Assembly: GCA_010093705.1 (NCBI GenBank)
Contig: MU006115.1
Location: 150,678-214,677 of the forward strand
Direction: 5' to 3'
DNA from: Patellaria atrata CBS 101060
Taxonomy: Eukaryota
Length of the DNA stretch: 64,000 nt
Shown: positions 1 to 13,460 of the stretch, piece by piece
How the letters are laid out: every line of letters starts with the position of its first letter
Position numbering within the stretch: the first letter of the stretch is position 1
Made by a program: the position numbers and the translations under genes
Notes under the pieces: generated by a model
The model's database searches: none
Told to the model about the DNA's origin: nothing
What the model saw: the letters and a program-made list of their open reading frames with translations, nothing else

Positions 1-417
1 CCCAAACCCGATTCCCTGCTGACACTCCCCCAATCCCCTATTGCATTTCCATTACGCTCACCGCCGTCACATGTCGCAGAACCACACTCCTTCCACGAAT
101 ACACAGTTTCAATTGCCAGTCTTGCAGACCGGCGTCCACTCGTTTGTCAACCCGCTTAGGCGTACATATATGCACCATCCATCGACTGGATTATTACTCT
201 GCCTTCAGCGAAGACCTCCACTCATTTGACAATTATTCCTACTCGGATTGCGGAATAATCTTGAAATCCGACCGTACACGTTCATTACCCGCACATCAAC
301 AAAGCAATCTTTAGGTCGCGTAAAGATCATAGACTGATACTGGAAACAATTTACGTGCGAAACATCAGCCTGCCGTTCCTGGTAGGCGGCCTCTATCCGC
401 TGTAGGGAATACGTGCA

Positions 418-2318
418 ATGGAATATTCGTCCAAGCGGCGGAAAACATCTAGAATCGAAGGTCGCGCTCTGCTAGAGGAACTGAAGAACAGAGAAGGGAC
501 TGCGCAAGACAATGAGAAAATAGTGAAGGAGGAACAGTCAAGGGAGTCTGGTGGAGAAGCACTTTCACTCCGTGAAGTTAAAGAACGCACGACCATGGGT
601 TTTAAACATCGTCTTTTGCACCGGCGACAGGCCATCGATTTTCCGACTACGTTTCCGGATCTCTCAATCGCCACGTCGTCGAACACCGATATTCCCCAAC
701 CAACAGTCAGTCCATTAGGAACTTCAAGTTTCACTGGGAGGACGGTTTTTCCATCAGTCTCGGATGCCACTCAGATCACAGCCATCGCACCAGTGACGCC
801 GGATATCGTCCAAGCTACTCCTACCCCGCCTTCGATTTCCAATAATGCTCAAGGTACTCCTTCTTCTCCGGTCATTTCTGAGGTTGGTCAAGCTACTATC
901 GGTCCATTTGTGGCTACTGATATCTTCCAGGCCACCCTTCTTCCTACACCGGACGCAAACCCGACTTTTCCTCTTGTCGAAGTTGTTCCAACTGTACCAC
1001 CTGTGCCCCCATTCCCTACCGACCTTTTACCACCTGCCGTCCCTCAAGTCAGCTCTGTGTCTTTCCCCGTAGTGCCCACCGTACCTCCGTTTCCTTTTCC
1101 TGGAACCACGCTGGAACCCCCATCACCGTCACCTTCCCAGGTTATCTTCTCATCGCCTCCTCCGACGCCAACAACTCCTACAACAACCGATTCAGATTTA
1201 TCTGCTACCGGTCTGGTACTATCTACCCCGACTCGTTCTATCGGTAACGTCACTGTACAAGGTTAGTGCACTGGTGCTCTCAACTGTTAGAAAGTGCTAA
1301 TGGATTATGTAATTTAGGATTCTCAGCGCTCTTGTCAGCAAATACTAACCTAGGACCTTTTACCTCGGACGCGACGAACTCGGCAGCGTCCTCATCAGTA
1401 ACCGGTGGTTTCGCAAGTTTCCCAGCCCAGGCGTCGGAAACCTCTGGTAGTGCAAGCACGATGTCCCTTACTAGAACGTCCTCAAGAACCGTGACCTCCA
1501 GTACTCAGACAACCTCAAAGACTGGTTCGAGTTTAACAAGTTCATCAACTGGCGTGGTTGTTGTCGTTGGTGGCGGTCCAGGAAATACAGGAGGGGAAGC
1601 TCCTCCAGTAGATGCTGGAGAATCACTGCGTAGCAACGATGGTCATGCAACTACACCTACACCGGTCGTTGTAGGGAGCGTTATAGGAAGTCTCGCAGGT
1701 TTCGCGGCCCTTCTGGTATTAGCCCTGCTAATCTTACGATGGTACAAGAGGAAGAGACGTCGAGACATGCAACCTTTACCTCATGGAGAAGGTGAAGTTG
1801 CAGATCATGCTGCTCCCGGTCGAAGTGATACGGAGATGTCTGAGCGATATTTCTTGCCCGCAGCTGCAGCAGCTTTCTTTGGCAAATACCGAGGAAAGGA
1901 GACAGCTCCAGCTCCACCGCAAGAACCAAGTTTCCAACGCATCTCTGGTAGAAAGCTCCCTTCGGTGTTCAGCCCAGGCATGTCGAGTAATGATCCATTC
2001 GACGACAAGAATGCATTCGCAAGCTCTCCCACCCGGGACTCTTCCGGAATGTACACTGCCATACCTAACACAGGCAATGTTCCTCGTGCACAGTATGCCG
2101 CAACCGAGTCGGAGACCCTGATGCCCAGTCCAGCTCGCACTCCAGTTGTTCATTCGCCAGGCCCGCATGCGTCGTTTTTAGGAGGACGGGTGGAGAACTA
2201 TACACCGCCTCAGACTCCAGCACGTCCACCTCATCTGTCTGGCTTACCGGGTACTTTGGGCCGTAGTCTTCCATCCCAGGATGGAAGTCGGGGATCCAAG
2301 TTTACGGAAGATGTCTGA
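418..2318 (+). CDS. Ser/Thr/Pro-rich single-pass membrane protein (fungal hypothetical, Mid2/Axl2-like architecture); 2 exons
   Basis: ORFs 418..1266 and 1266..2318 join in frame via intron 1262..1317 (GTTAGT...GCTAAT...TTAG). TM segment VVVGSVIGSLAGFAALLVLALLILRWY is followed by KRKRRR. True start could be 418 or 595. Confidence 0.75.
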
Positions 2319-2890
2319 TACGCCTGCTACGAACTGTCACCTCTGGTTTTCGAGGATCTTGATGTACTAATGTCTCTCTTTATCTATGGCCTGTTAAGAT
2401 TTGGTAAGGCCTTCAGGAGTTTCATTTTCCCTTTCTGACTGTATTGGTATTCTGCTTTGATTTTGGTCATACCCCGAGCGCCTCTGGGAATCTGCTGCGC
2501 ATTGTATTCCGGTCTCTTTCCTTTTCATTTGTCTCATCAGGGACGTTTCCTGCCATCAGCTCATGTCCATAATGCAATTTCGATTCTTGTAGATAGTATT
2601 TCGTTTGGGTGTTTGAGGTGGATAGAGCCACTCGAGAGAAGGAAGCAGCATGATCTCTTTCCTTAGCAGCATCTTCCTAGGTTCACTCGTAAAGCCGAAC
2701 CGGGTGGGATATAGCAGACGGAAAAAGATCTCTTGGGAAGGAATAGGGGAGGTTGGCCGGAGGGGGAGGGGGAGGGGGGAGGGGTCAAAAGCTAATCGCT
2801 TTTTGGGTTGGGATTGAGTAGCCGGTAAACGTCGAATGCAAATTAATGTGAAATTTCAAACAAATCCTTGAGCTCATAGTGACTTTTCTT

Positions 2891-2921
<31 letters not shown>

Positions 2922-3155
2922 AAAAAATTTTTGCAAGTGATAAATTGTGGTTAGATTGAATGAATATCAGGGGGGTTGTTGAGTTCTCGTCTTGGCTTTC
3001 GTGGATTTCGCATGTGAATTGAGCCAGCTTGTCCTGCATTTCTCGCACGTCACCGCTTTGGGAAATGGACACCATACACTCCACAATTTGAGAACCTTCG
3101 ACATATAGCTTCACCCAACTCTAAAATTAGGCCCTCAATTGCTTATGGGTTCAAA

Positions 3156-6100
3156 ATGGACAAACTCAATAATCTCTCACCCGCGCATTGCATCCTCCTT
3201 GCCCTCCACCATACCCTCGAATCAAACATTGACGCTCTTCGAACTCTCATAGCTCTCAGACCTGATGCCTTCGGCCCTGAACACACCCTCAGACTCCTCC
3301 TTACATATCTTCCTGAGACCGTAGAGTCAGAACAATACGTATCCCTCGTCCAGGAGATTGCGATAGGTGTAAACGTCCAACCGTCGCAAAATAAGCTAAG
3401 AGACATCGAGCTCGCACCCATCCAAGACATCTCCTCCGCTCAAGCCAAAAGAAGAGTGAAAAAGCTACATCTCCTCCCACTCGCGCTGTCGAGTGAGCCC
3501 GTCGCTGTTCCTGCGCAGGACATCTTGACACATTACCTCATCCATCGCGCCCATCGCGTCGATGCGGAGACGGGTCTTCTGTCCCTTGTACCTGGTCTCG
3601 TGGCCCCGTTTGTGGATGGAAACCAAGTGCTCAGGACATGGTTTGTGGCGGACTTACTGCCTTTGTTGAGGTGGGGTTACGAGTACTACCCGGGAAGCTC
3701 TGGGGTTCCTGGTCTAGAAGCGTTTGAGCGGCTCGAGGGGGAGAGGGGGGTGGGCGCATTACTCGCAGCTGGACAGAGGGAAGGAAAGAGAGAGATTGCA
3801 CGCGATCTGAGGGGGTTGGTTGGGCCCTGGATGGTAGCGAAGGGAGAGAGGAGAAGACGAAAGGGGAAGAGGAGATTCTCGGTCGATGGGCGGGCGGAAG
3901 AATTACAAGATGAACGAACACGCGAAAAACACGGTTGGGAACATGTTTTCACATGGCTTGTCAAACTCGCTATCCAGGACTTCCCACTCGCGGCTGCCAC
4001 AGTCGAGGAATGGGACGGCCCTGGTGACGTCGATCTAGGCGGTTACGTGAAGCTTCACGACTACCTGAGCGAGGAAGAACAAAGAACCCTGGAGATGCGA
4101 TACGCGCAGGCTGTCCTAGCCATTCCGTACGCAGTCGAGGCGGATACACCAGAGACGATACATAATGCGCACGGCCTGCTGGTCCGTCTCGCGCGTCTAC
4201 TTGACTTCGATCCCCCACCCGACCTTGCAACGAGCATAGAACTCCTGCCCAAAATCGACTCGAAAACACTCTCGATCGAACATACATCCGGTCACACCAT
4301 GACGCCTACAGTTCTTCTCTCTCATGACCATCCTCTTACGAAACCTCGGTTGGAGACGTTCGCTCTGTTGCAGATGTTCGTGTATTCGGCTTATATGCTC
4401 GCAGAGCTAGGGCATAGTGTTTCTGTCGCGCATGTCGCGCAGATACGGTTTGGGGAAAGCGCGGAGGAGCAGATTAAGGTTGTAAGACGAATTCTTCTAG
4501 CGCTGGTGTCTGGAAAGAGACAGGACGAGGGTCAGTGGGCTCTGGTGAGGAGTCGGGTGCTGTGGTTGTGGGATTGGGGTTTGGAAGACACGACAGTAGG
4601 TGAGAGGAGTGCTGCAGGGGTATTTGGGAGGGTTAAGAGGACGGAGTTGGAGAAAGAGGTATTGAGGGCGTTTGTTGCGAGCGGAAGTAAGTGCTTTTTC
4701 TAATCTCAGGTTGTCCGATTTTTCATCCGGAGGTGTTTGCTTTGATGGAAGATACTGATGAAAACCGATTATAGCATACCCCCTCGTCGTCAAGGCCTAC
4801 ATCGACAACACAAACCGTAGCCTCCCTCCCGAAGCCGTCGAAGCTGTCATCGTTGATATCGCACTCTCCCACTACGATAACGCGAGCAATGGCAACAGAA
4901 CCCGAGGCGGAATGAGGAAGGCTTCGGAAGTGTATGTTTCGCCTTTCAATTTCCCATTTCCTTTCACCTCTCTCTCAAACCAAGGACCAGAAATATCTTC
5001 GTCAGAAGCATAATCAATTTTACTAACATCTATTTTTCTAGCATCGCAACTTTCCGTCCTCACCACCCCAACTCCCCCTCCTTCGCCCGTCTCGACGCCC
5101 TCCTCAAAGCCACCCACGCCCTATCTTTCTACTCTCTCACCCTCCAACACGGAGTTCCCTTCGCACCAGTCAATATCCGCGCCGCCGCCGATCCAGTCGG
5201 CCTAATCTCGAAAGTACTCGCCCAAAACCCACGTTCTTATACCAAGGTAGACGATCTAGTATTCATTGCGCGTAATCTCGTCGCTGCCGGACTACCCGCT
5301 GCGGATGAAGAAGATGAAGATGGGCAGAAGGGGGATGACGACAAAGAGATGAAGCGTAAACAGAAGAAGGCGGAGAAGAGAGTCATGGCCATGGCAGTCG
5401 AAGCAAGTCTGGCCGAAGAGGACTTCGAAACGGCGTATTCGTACGTCATGAATAAATTGGACGTCACTCCCGAACCGTCGTCCCACACATCCTTCAACTC
5501 GGACAAAGCGGACGAGTACTCCTACCGCGCCGCTTTCCTCGCGGGTCGTCATCCCCGCCCTCCCTTATCATCCTCAACTTCGTCCACCGCGAACCTCCTC
5601 CGTCCCCTGAATCAGCGCCTGGAACTCCTATCTCGCGCCCTCCTCCTCGCCCCCGCAGATATGTTAACAGAGATACTGCAAGTCTGGCGTAAATGCGAAG
5701 AAGAGATGCTCGCGCTCGAAGCGGCCGAGGAGAAAGAAGCGCTAGGCTGGGACGACAGAGGAGAAGGTAAGACGGCGGGCATGCCGGGCTCGTTCGCCTT
5801 CGGCGAAGAAGTCTCCGGGGGTCGCTGGCACGGCGTTCAGACCGGGAACAAGAGACCCGAGATTCGCGGCAGGTGGTGGGATGGCGGTGCTAACACCCTC
5901 ACATCCCCCACCGCTGCGAAACACCGCAGATCGTCAGACGACGAGACACCACTCAGTCTCTTCGACCTCGCGCGCGGGGTTACTAGCGGCTTGGGTCTCG
6001 GCCGCAGCGTCGGCAGTCTGAGGGACGTCGCGCGTCCGCTCTCTTCCTCTTCTTCGTCCTCTCAACCTAAACCTAAACCTCAAACTGACCCTAAGCGCGG

Positions 6101-6758
6101 ATCCAAACACGAACCCGACCTCTCCGCCTCGACGCTCACGCTCAAACCCCCCTCCACGCAGACGCTTCTCAAACAATCCTCCACCTCAACCCTACGGCCG
6201 GAAGCGAGACCGAAGCCGATAAACCCGACTACGAGACCGCAGCCGCCGGGGAGTCAGACGAGTGATTCGGAGGCTTTTGATGATGAAGGGGGGGAGGAGG
6301 GGGAAGGGTGGGATTGGGATGATGAGGGGACGCCTATGGGGGATACGGGGGATACGGGGGATATGGGGAGGATAGGGGGTAGGGGGGATATTGGGGGGTA
6401 TATGGAGGGTATGGGTAAAGGGGATAGGGGGGATACAGGGGAGAGAGTGAGGAGAAGAGATGTCGTCGCTTCGGCAGCTATGGAGGGCTTGGCTAAGGGG
6501 GTGGGTTGGGTGATCGGTCAGTCGCCCTTTTCCCCCTTCGCTTTCGATTTCGCCTCGATCTTTTAAGTCTTTCTTTGTCATTTTTCTTTCCCTTACTCCC
6601 TCTCCCTTTCTTTCCCCCTTCCGTTCCGTTTCCCCTCTCGCCTCTCTTTCCGTCTCTCGTCTCCGTACCCCTTTTGCCGACTCTCGCGTTCAAGTCCTTC
6701 GCTAACCTTGGTTGTAGGCGTGAATCCCCAACGGGACCGAGATCGAGATCGAGAGTAA
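3156..6758 (+). CDS. SEC39: Sec39 (Dsl1 tethering complex subunit); 4 exons
   Basis: Recognised motifs SPAHCILLA, YYDNASNGNRTRGGMRKA, FYSLTLQHGVPF, EASLAEEDFETAYSY and GWVIG. Introns approx. 4687..4774, 4932..5042 and 6517..6717; last exon ends VNPQRDRDRDRE* at 6758. Confidence 0.88.
6337..6445 (+). repeat. Imperfect G-rich 9-bp tandem repeat (GGGGATAnG) inside SEC39 CDS
   Basis: ggggatacg-ggggatacg-ggggatatg-gggaggata... encodes GDTGDTGDMGRIGGRGDIGG. Confidence 0.7.
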
Positions 6759-7341
6759 GCTCCCACCCACCCTGCGAACGAGAACTGGAAGCGGTGGGAC
6801 GGCGGAGAATGGGTGTTCGAAAGCCAAAGAATGAGGAGAAACCGTGCGGTGCCGCTACTACCGGCTTGGGGGTTCGCTGGGCGGATGGTGGGTTTGGGTC
6901 GGTGAATGGGAGCGTTTCGTGTACATATTCGAATTCACACAGTCATGTTCATGTTCATGTTCGTGTTCAAGTAGCGGAGATATAGTATCTGAAAGAGTTG
7001 GTGAATCAATCCTTATCCATATCTATTTCCATATCCAATTCCCTAAGACCTATACGTGAGAGCTATGAGGATAACGATGAGGCAGTGGACACACCAAACC
7101 ACAACCACACCATACCACACGAGACAAAACAGGACAGTGAGCACCCTATCCTGACTGAACCTTTTCAATAGAGCTGTACATACATCCTAGACGATCAGGA
7201 GTCCCCTCTTTCGGCGATGACCTACAGATCCTGAGTGTTTTCCCTTAAGGTAACCCCTTACCGTTTACCTTCATTGCCCTACTCTCTTTTCTCTCCCCTC
7301 TTCTCCCTTCCCGTCATGATCATGCAAACACCACCACACAC

Positions 7342-9460
7342 TCACTCCTCCCAAACCCCCTCAAACACAAACCCCTCTCCACGACTACTTCCCTCAACCG
7401 CATCACCCCCATCCACGACTTTCCCTCCTTCCTTCTCCCCTTCCTTCAACCCCAGTTTCTTCTCCCCATACAACCTCACATCAACATCAGTATCATAACT
7501 CCAAACAACAAGTTCACACCTCTCATCCCTCTCTCTAAAACAGACCAAGAAAAGCTCGTTCCCAAAGCAGAGACTATTCCCATACGACGCGATACTCTCA
7601 TCATCGCTTTCTTCCTCGTCATTATCTTCCTCAGTCGAAGAAGTCGAAGTCGAAGCGTCGTCGTCTTCCTCAACCCAATCCCCTTCGCTGGCGCTGGCGC
7701 TGGCGCTATTGGCGGCGTCGGAGCCGTGCGCGATGCCGAGGCTGACGAGGAGGGTGCGGTGGTTGGCGGGCGTGTGGCGCTCGTCGGAGATGAGGGGGAG
7801 CAACTTGGCCCGGTGCGGTTTCGGGTTGGGCGTGTAGTTCGAGATTGAGTTGTTAGTTTGCGCGCTACAAAAAAGTCAGCTCAGCATAACAAGGGGGTGA
7901 TATTCGTAAAGACCTACCCGAGCAGTGCTTTGTTAGCCAAAGTCCTGACACCGCGATGCGGCTCGTCGTAGATCTCGACGTCCTTCCAGAGGATGTCGCC
8001 GGGGTAGCCGGGGAGGCAGTCGTAGACCTTTGCGTCTGGGCCGGTGGGGCCGTCGTCGAAGGTGATCCAAGCCCGGGGACCTGTGGCGCCTGAGGCGTAC
8101 GGGCGAAGGCGGAAGACGTGGCGGCTTGAGAAGTTCTGCGAGACGAGGTGTTCGAGGCGGATCTCCGAGGATTGGAACATTGGGTTTGTGGGAGGACCGG
8201 GTCGGATGGGGTAGTCTAGCGGAGAGTCGATGTGCCACTTTTGGATGAGTTGGCCGGTGTATGAGTACTTGCGTCCTTGAACCCCGATTGCGCCTCTCAT
8301 GAATAGAACTGTGATTGTCTTGTGTTCTTCATTCACGGTGAGATCTTGTGGATATGGAACTAGACTAGGAGGGAGGTTAGTTCTGTATGGATTGAGGGAA
8401 ATCGCGCTATAACGTACGACTTTTCCCTTTCCGTCATTTTCGCTGTCACGTCCGGAGATTCTTTGTGTTGGATTACGAAGCTAGTCGATTTCTGCGTATC
8501 ATAGTTCCACACGAGGATAGTAGAATGGGTTTCATTCATGTGACGTTCGATGATCGCCGCGAGAGTCCTACCATCACCACTCAAAGCGCAAAGCGATGGG
8601 TTTGGAAGGCGTAGATGTCGCTTTTCGCGAGTGTTGAGATCGACGGCATAAACAAGACTGCGCCAGTCAGTAAGGGTAATTATAGGCCCAACTGTATTGA
8701 CGTACCCAGAATGAGTGTTGAAAGCAATGAGATCCTTGGTCAACAAGATCAAGCTCACTTGCTCTCTGGCTGCACCAACAACCGAGAATGCCTTTCCGGT
8801 TCGCAGGTTCATGACATATATAGTCTGGAATGCGAGACACCAGGCAACGTGATCATGAAAGAAGTCGAAAGTGCCAATTAGTTGAGGGTGGATGTCTAGA
8901 TGGTCTGGTAATCGAATCACAGTCTGTGAGCTGGGCTTCCCCAGTCGGAATCGTTGCATGTGCTCGAGCTTCAGACGTTGGATCTCATAGTTACTTCGAC
9001 CATATTCCGGCTTCTCGCCTTCAAGAGGTGGATCTGAGTTTGAGTACCATTTTGAGAGTGAAGACGCGCGTAGCTGTTCGGAGGAGAGAACCTCTCTCCA
9101 TTGTTTAGACACCTAAAAGGGATGAGAACTTGACATCAATCCAAGAATCAAAGTCTTCAGGGACTTACAACTTGATAGCGGAAAGGCGCTGTGGTATCAA
9201 GGTAGGAAAAGATACAAATAACCAATTCTAGAGGCAAGTTGCCCACAATATCAAAATCGAATTGGTTATCACATATCACATCTTTGACGTATCTCAGCTC
9301 CCAATTAGAGAGATCGCGCATGATACCTGTGAGTCTAATAGAATAAAATTAATAAAGTAGCTTTATAGGTGGAGACATTGTATGCTTCTTACGCTTCTGC
9401 TCTCTGTGGGCCTGGCTTGAGAGCCTTGAACTGTTCCGCAATATTCGACATGGTGACCAT
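7342..9460 (-). CDS. F-box domain protein with acidic C-terminus; multi-exon
   Basis: Manual splicing gives MSNIAEQFKAL...ALTGIMRDLSNWELRYVK...FDIVGNLPLELVICIFSYLD...VSKQWREVL (F-box), continuing through ORFs 8360..9112, 7914..8336 and 7342..7803. Confidence 0.75.
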
Positions 9461-9681
9461 ATGCAAAAGGTTTGCAGTGTTGCTTTTCAAAGGAAGAATT
9501 CTGCAAGCGTGACTTGAAAGTGTTGCGTGCAAAAGATGTGAGGTGAGGATAGAAGACGTGGGTAGTTCCAGCTTAGGTTAGTTCTAGTTCTAGTGGTCCG
9601 TGCAAAGATCTACATCATCCATCGTCAAGCTACGGTACCCTGGTGCCTCGCCGTACCGCTTACTAACCCAGCGCCTATCAT

Positions 9682-11121
9682 CACCAGTGGTTGCCAAAAT
9701 TCGTGGCGCGCCAAGGAAACACCAAAATATCGTATTTTTGAACAAATAGCTAAATACATCACCAATATGAAGACTTAATGGCTCTACCACCGGTTCTTCT
9801 GAGTAATCTACATCTATCAGGCATCTCTGACATACGTGCACGTATCTCTTCTATAGTAATCTTTTCCCACTCCTCCTGAAGTATCCTTTTAAGCTCCTCT
9901 GTCGTCTGCCACGGCCTTCTACGTACACGTTGCTTTAAAATGTTCCAACACGCCTCAATTGGATTTAGATCTGGAGATTGAGCTGGATGGGGTAAGTTTT
10001 TGATGTTGTGGTCGTGTTTTAACCTAGTAGCAAGACCATCTTTGCGTGTGCCGTGGCTTGAGTCGTTGCCTTCAACTAGGAGCCACTCATGATCTGAATC
10101 TGGGTGCTTTTGCCTCAAATCTTCGATAGCCTGGATGTATACTGGTAGGATATTCTTAACATAGTACTTTTAAGTCATTGAATTGCCCTTAGGCTTGACT
10201 TCTTGCTCGTGAGGCTGTAGAGCTGATCACTCAGCTAAACGCTGGTTCCACTTCTCGTCTGATTCATATTTCGATCTCCGTGGCCGTCGTGGAGCTTGAG
10301 GCCGTTGAGTATACTCCTCCTCGTCGTTATAGAAGATCAGTTTCTCGCATTTTCTATACCAATTGACCCAGCCAGCGAAGTGGACTTTATTACCCTGCTT
10401 AGAGCCTCTCTCCTGAATATTCTTAGGCTCGTAACGCGTGCCCTCCTCTCGTAGTACTAGCTCTTGACACTGATCTCCAGGATCAAAGTGTGCCTCGTCT
10501 GTAAATACACAACTAGCCCAGAAATCTTCTACCTTTTTACCCTTATGCTCTTCACCAAAATTCGCGCGTTTATTCTTATTAGGTTGTGATATTTTCTTCG
10601 GAATATACGCCTTTTTATAGAATTGGGCGTTACGAGTATACTTCTTAAGTGATCTTTGTAGTGTTCGTTTTGAAACGTCGAGTTTAAAGTATTCCATCTG
10701 AACCTCATACGGATGCTCGCGATAGGGGTTTTGAGATGGATCTATCAGCTTGGCGACGTCGGATTTTTCCAATTTTGGTACTCGGCCTAGACGAACAGAT
10801 AGCTTACGTGTCCGTCTGAAAGCTGGAGAGCCTAGGATATCACGTTGTTGCCGCCATCTACGTGCTGTCGTCTCAGGGACATTTTGCTCCCTGCAAAACT
10901 CCTTAAAGCTTTGACCTTCAGGGCGGTGGTCAAAAGCGTCGTAAAACCTCGATTTTTGAGGTGTATTATGTTCAGGCTGAACCACTGTACGTCTGGTCTT
11001 CATTATAACTAATAATAACAATTATTGATGGAGATATGGTTGTTGTTATGATGGGGATGTTTTTTGAGTTTGTTGTTGGCCCTTGCGCCTAGCGCGCCAC
11101 GTATTTTGTCAACCACTAGTG
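9682..11121 (-). mobile_element. Tc1/mariner-superfamily DNA transposon, decayed, with 30-bp terminal inverted repeats
   Basis: Left TIR 9682..9711 caccagtggttgccaaaattcgtggcgcgc versus reverse complement of 11092..11121 cactagtggttgacaaaatacgtggcgcgc (27/30 identical). They enclose a DDE transposase. No clean TA target duplication. Confidence 0.9.
9759..11003 (-). pseudogene. Tc1-like DDE transposase with two in-frame stops
   Basis: HTH-like N-terminus and motifs VFTDEAHF, EGNDSSHG and PAQSPDLNPIEACW. One reading frame is interrupted by TGA (10227-10229) and TAA (10170-10172, in GNSMT*KYY). Confidence 0.9.
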
Positions 11122-11518
11122 CATGTCTTTTTTTTTTATTTGTGTATAACAAATCTCAGGGGTAGTACGGCATTCAATTAATATCATAGCTTGCCATTGT
11201 TTGGATCATGATACTCAATGAGCTCCTAATCATGTAGAATGTCTCCCTTGATCTACTCCAGCTACCGCTCCTAGATCACTATACGGAGACATACACCCAC
11301 CGTACAAACAATGTGTACCTAACAGTACTTTTGAGGAGGTTCATTTTCTCTATGTCAAATTATCGTACAGTAAATTCACTGCATACTTTTGTACCCTCTA
11401 AGACGTCGCACTGTTTGGTACTGTACGGAAAAGGTCAAATTGACCCATCCAACATCCCATTCAGGGGCAAAGCCCTTCTTTATAAATCTTTAATATCCGG
11501 CCCCTACTCATATTAATT

Positions 11519-13460
11519 CTATAACCCAAACGCCTCAGAATGCCAATACACCTCCCTCCCGCTCTTAACATGTATCCCTACGAATTTTCGCAGGTCATTT
11601 GCCGCTTTCTGAGGCCCACATACCAGAACCGCTACTCGTCCGCTCGACTTATCAAACACATTGTCGACCACGTTTCTAAAATTTGGCCGGCCTTTGTGAA
11701 CGTGAAACCCTTGAAACTTCTTTTCCTCATCTTCATCACCACCCATAGCTTCACGCAACAGCCCCTCCCTCTCAACGAGCTCGATACCTTCACCATCAGC
11801 TTCGATCTCGGGATCCTCACCCGAGCGAGTAGAACTGGTCCCCCGAGTCACATAGATGTCCATTACATCCTCATCTTGATCACCGTCACCTTGACTGCGC
11901 TCCTCTCGTGGGAAAGCCCATTCAGTCTCTGCTAGATTACGAACCGCCCATACGAACTTGATCTGTCTCTTTCTCTCTCTTCTGACACCCTCCTGCTCTT
12001 TATTTTCTAATGCGAGTAATTGTCGCCAAATGGGGACTACGAACGTTGCTCCAACGCCCAACGCGACTAATAGAATAGTTTCGTACTCTTGTAGCTCTGA
12101 AAATGGGGTTATGGCGCCATAGGGACCTTCAATTACGACTGGAATTTCAGACGAAGATCGAGCAAGCGCAGCTAGAGCTTTCGTATTTCCATCCATCACC
12201 CTCGCCACCAGAAGGAGGGAGGAGTCGGTGGAAGGGAGGGATGCGATGGTGAAAGGGTTCGTCTTCAAGGTTGCAAAGAGTTGAGCGGTAATATCGCTCT
12301 TCGATCTAGGCAGACCGGATGAGTTTACATCATGAGGTAAGGAAACATATACATGTTGCCCCGCTTTCCATTTCAATGGTCTCGGGGCGGAGGAATGCGC
12401 AAGTGGTATCTCGATGCGGAGAAGGTTCGTATTAGGGATCATAGCGACATCCCCGGCATACCGTCTCCTATTGAGCATCCTCAGAAGCGTGTGCAGGATG
12501 TAGATCGCCAGAGTCTCCCAGATGAACACCCGTATGTGGTGGACGTGGAAGAACAAAAGTGGCAGCACTGTCGTTGCTAGAGTAACATGTGTGACATAAA
12601 ACACACGGTAATTCCACTTCCGCAACTTACTTAATGCTGTTGTTCCTACTATCGCGAAGCTGAGCATACCTAGTAATCCACAGATAATGAAGGGACGTTG
12701 GAGCCTGCTTAGTAGGCGGTTGTTTTGGATGAAGAAATTGACGTAGAAGACAACATGAAGGGAGAAGAAGAAGGTGATGATCCGGCCGAGGATTTGATGA
12801 GCGGAGTTTAGGGATTCATGAGAGCGCAGGGTTAGGATTTGAAGGGGAGAGAAAGGAGACTTGAATGCGAGGAGATAGTGTAGGGGAAGTTGCGAGGAGG
12901 GAATGATACCAAAGCGTTTTGTGAGATGGAGGTAGTCTGGGATGAATTAGTATAGAGCTCATTGTCGACATCAGACATTGCTATGCCCAAGAGAAGACTA
13001 AAATGATAGAACAAGTAGAATATCGATATGGAAGGTATATATTGCTTGGATTACAGTACAAACTGAAGCTCTTACCATGTCCCGTCCCCCTCACACACAA
13101 GATGCTCAACCATAGCCCCCAAACTCCCTCAACAACCCACTCCCCCGTCGTCCCCCAACCCCACCCCTCCACCACCTCTTCCCCCGCCCACCATCTCGCT
13201 CTCTTCCAAACCGCCCTTGTCTTTCTTACAATCGCCCCACTATTCGCCTCGACAGCCTTAACGTAAGGCGAACTGGGCCTAGAAAGCTCCTGATCAGAGA
13301 CTCGTCGCTTTCGAGCTATCCAGCAAAGGATGTGGTAGACCTGGAAGCCGAGGAGGACGAGCACAGGAGACCATTGTGCAATACTGGCATAGTGGTCGAG
13401 AGCTTGACGGCGAGCGTGCTTTTCAGGTTTGGAGAGCTCAGGGAAGGTGTAGCCTAGCAT
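11519..13460 (-). CDS. Ferric reductase-like transmembrane metalloreductase (FRE/NOX family); 2 exons
   Basis: Intron 13075..12937 joins to DYLHLTKRFGII.SQLPLHYLL. Motifs HQILGRI, FYVTHV...FFHV (heme His), NPFTIAS (FAD), IEGPYG, VLVCGP and HSEAFG. Confidence 0.88.

Noticed and set aside
9633..9662. Weak inverted similarity to 11160-11195 suggesting longer transposon ends
   Set aside because: Only two 7-bp matches with unequal spacing; indistinguishable from chance.
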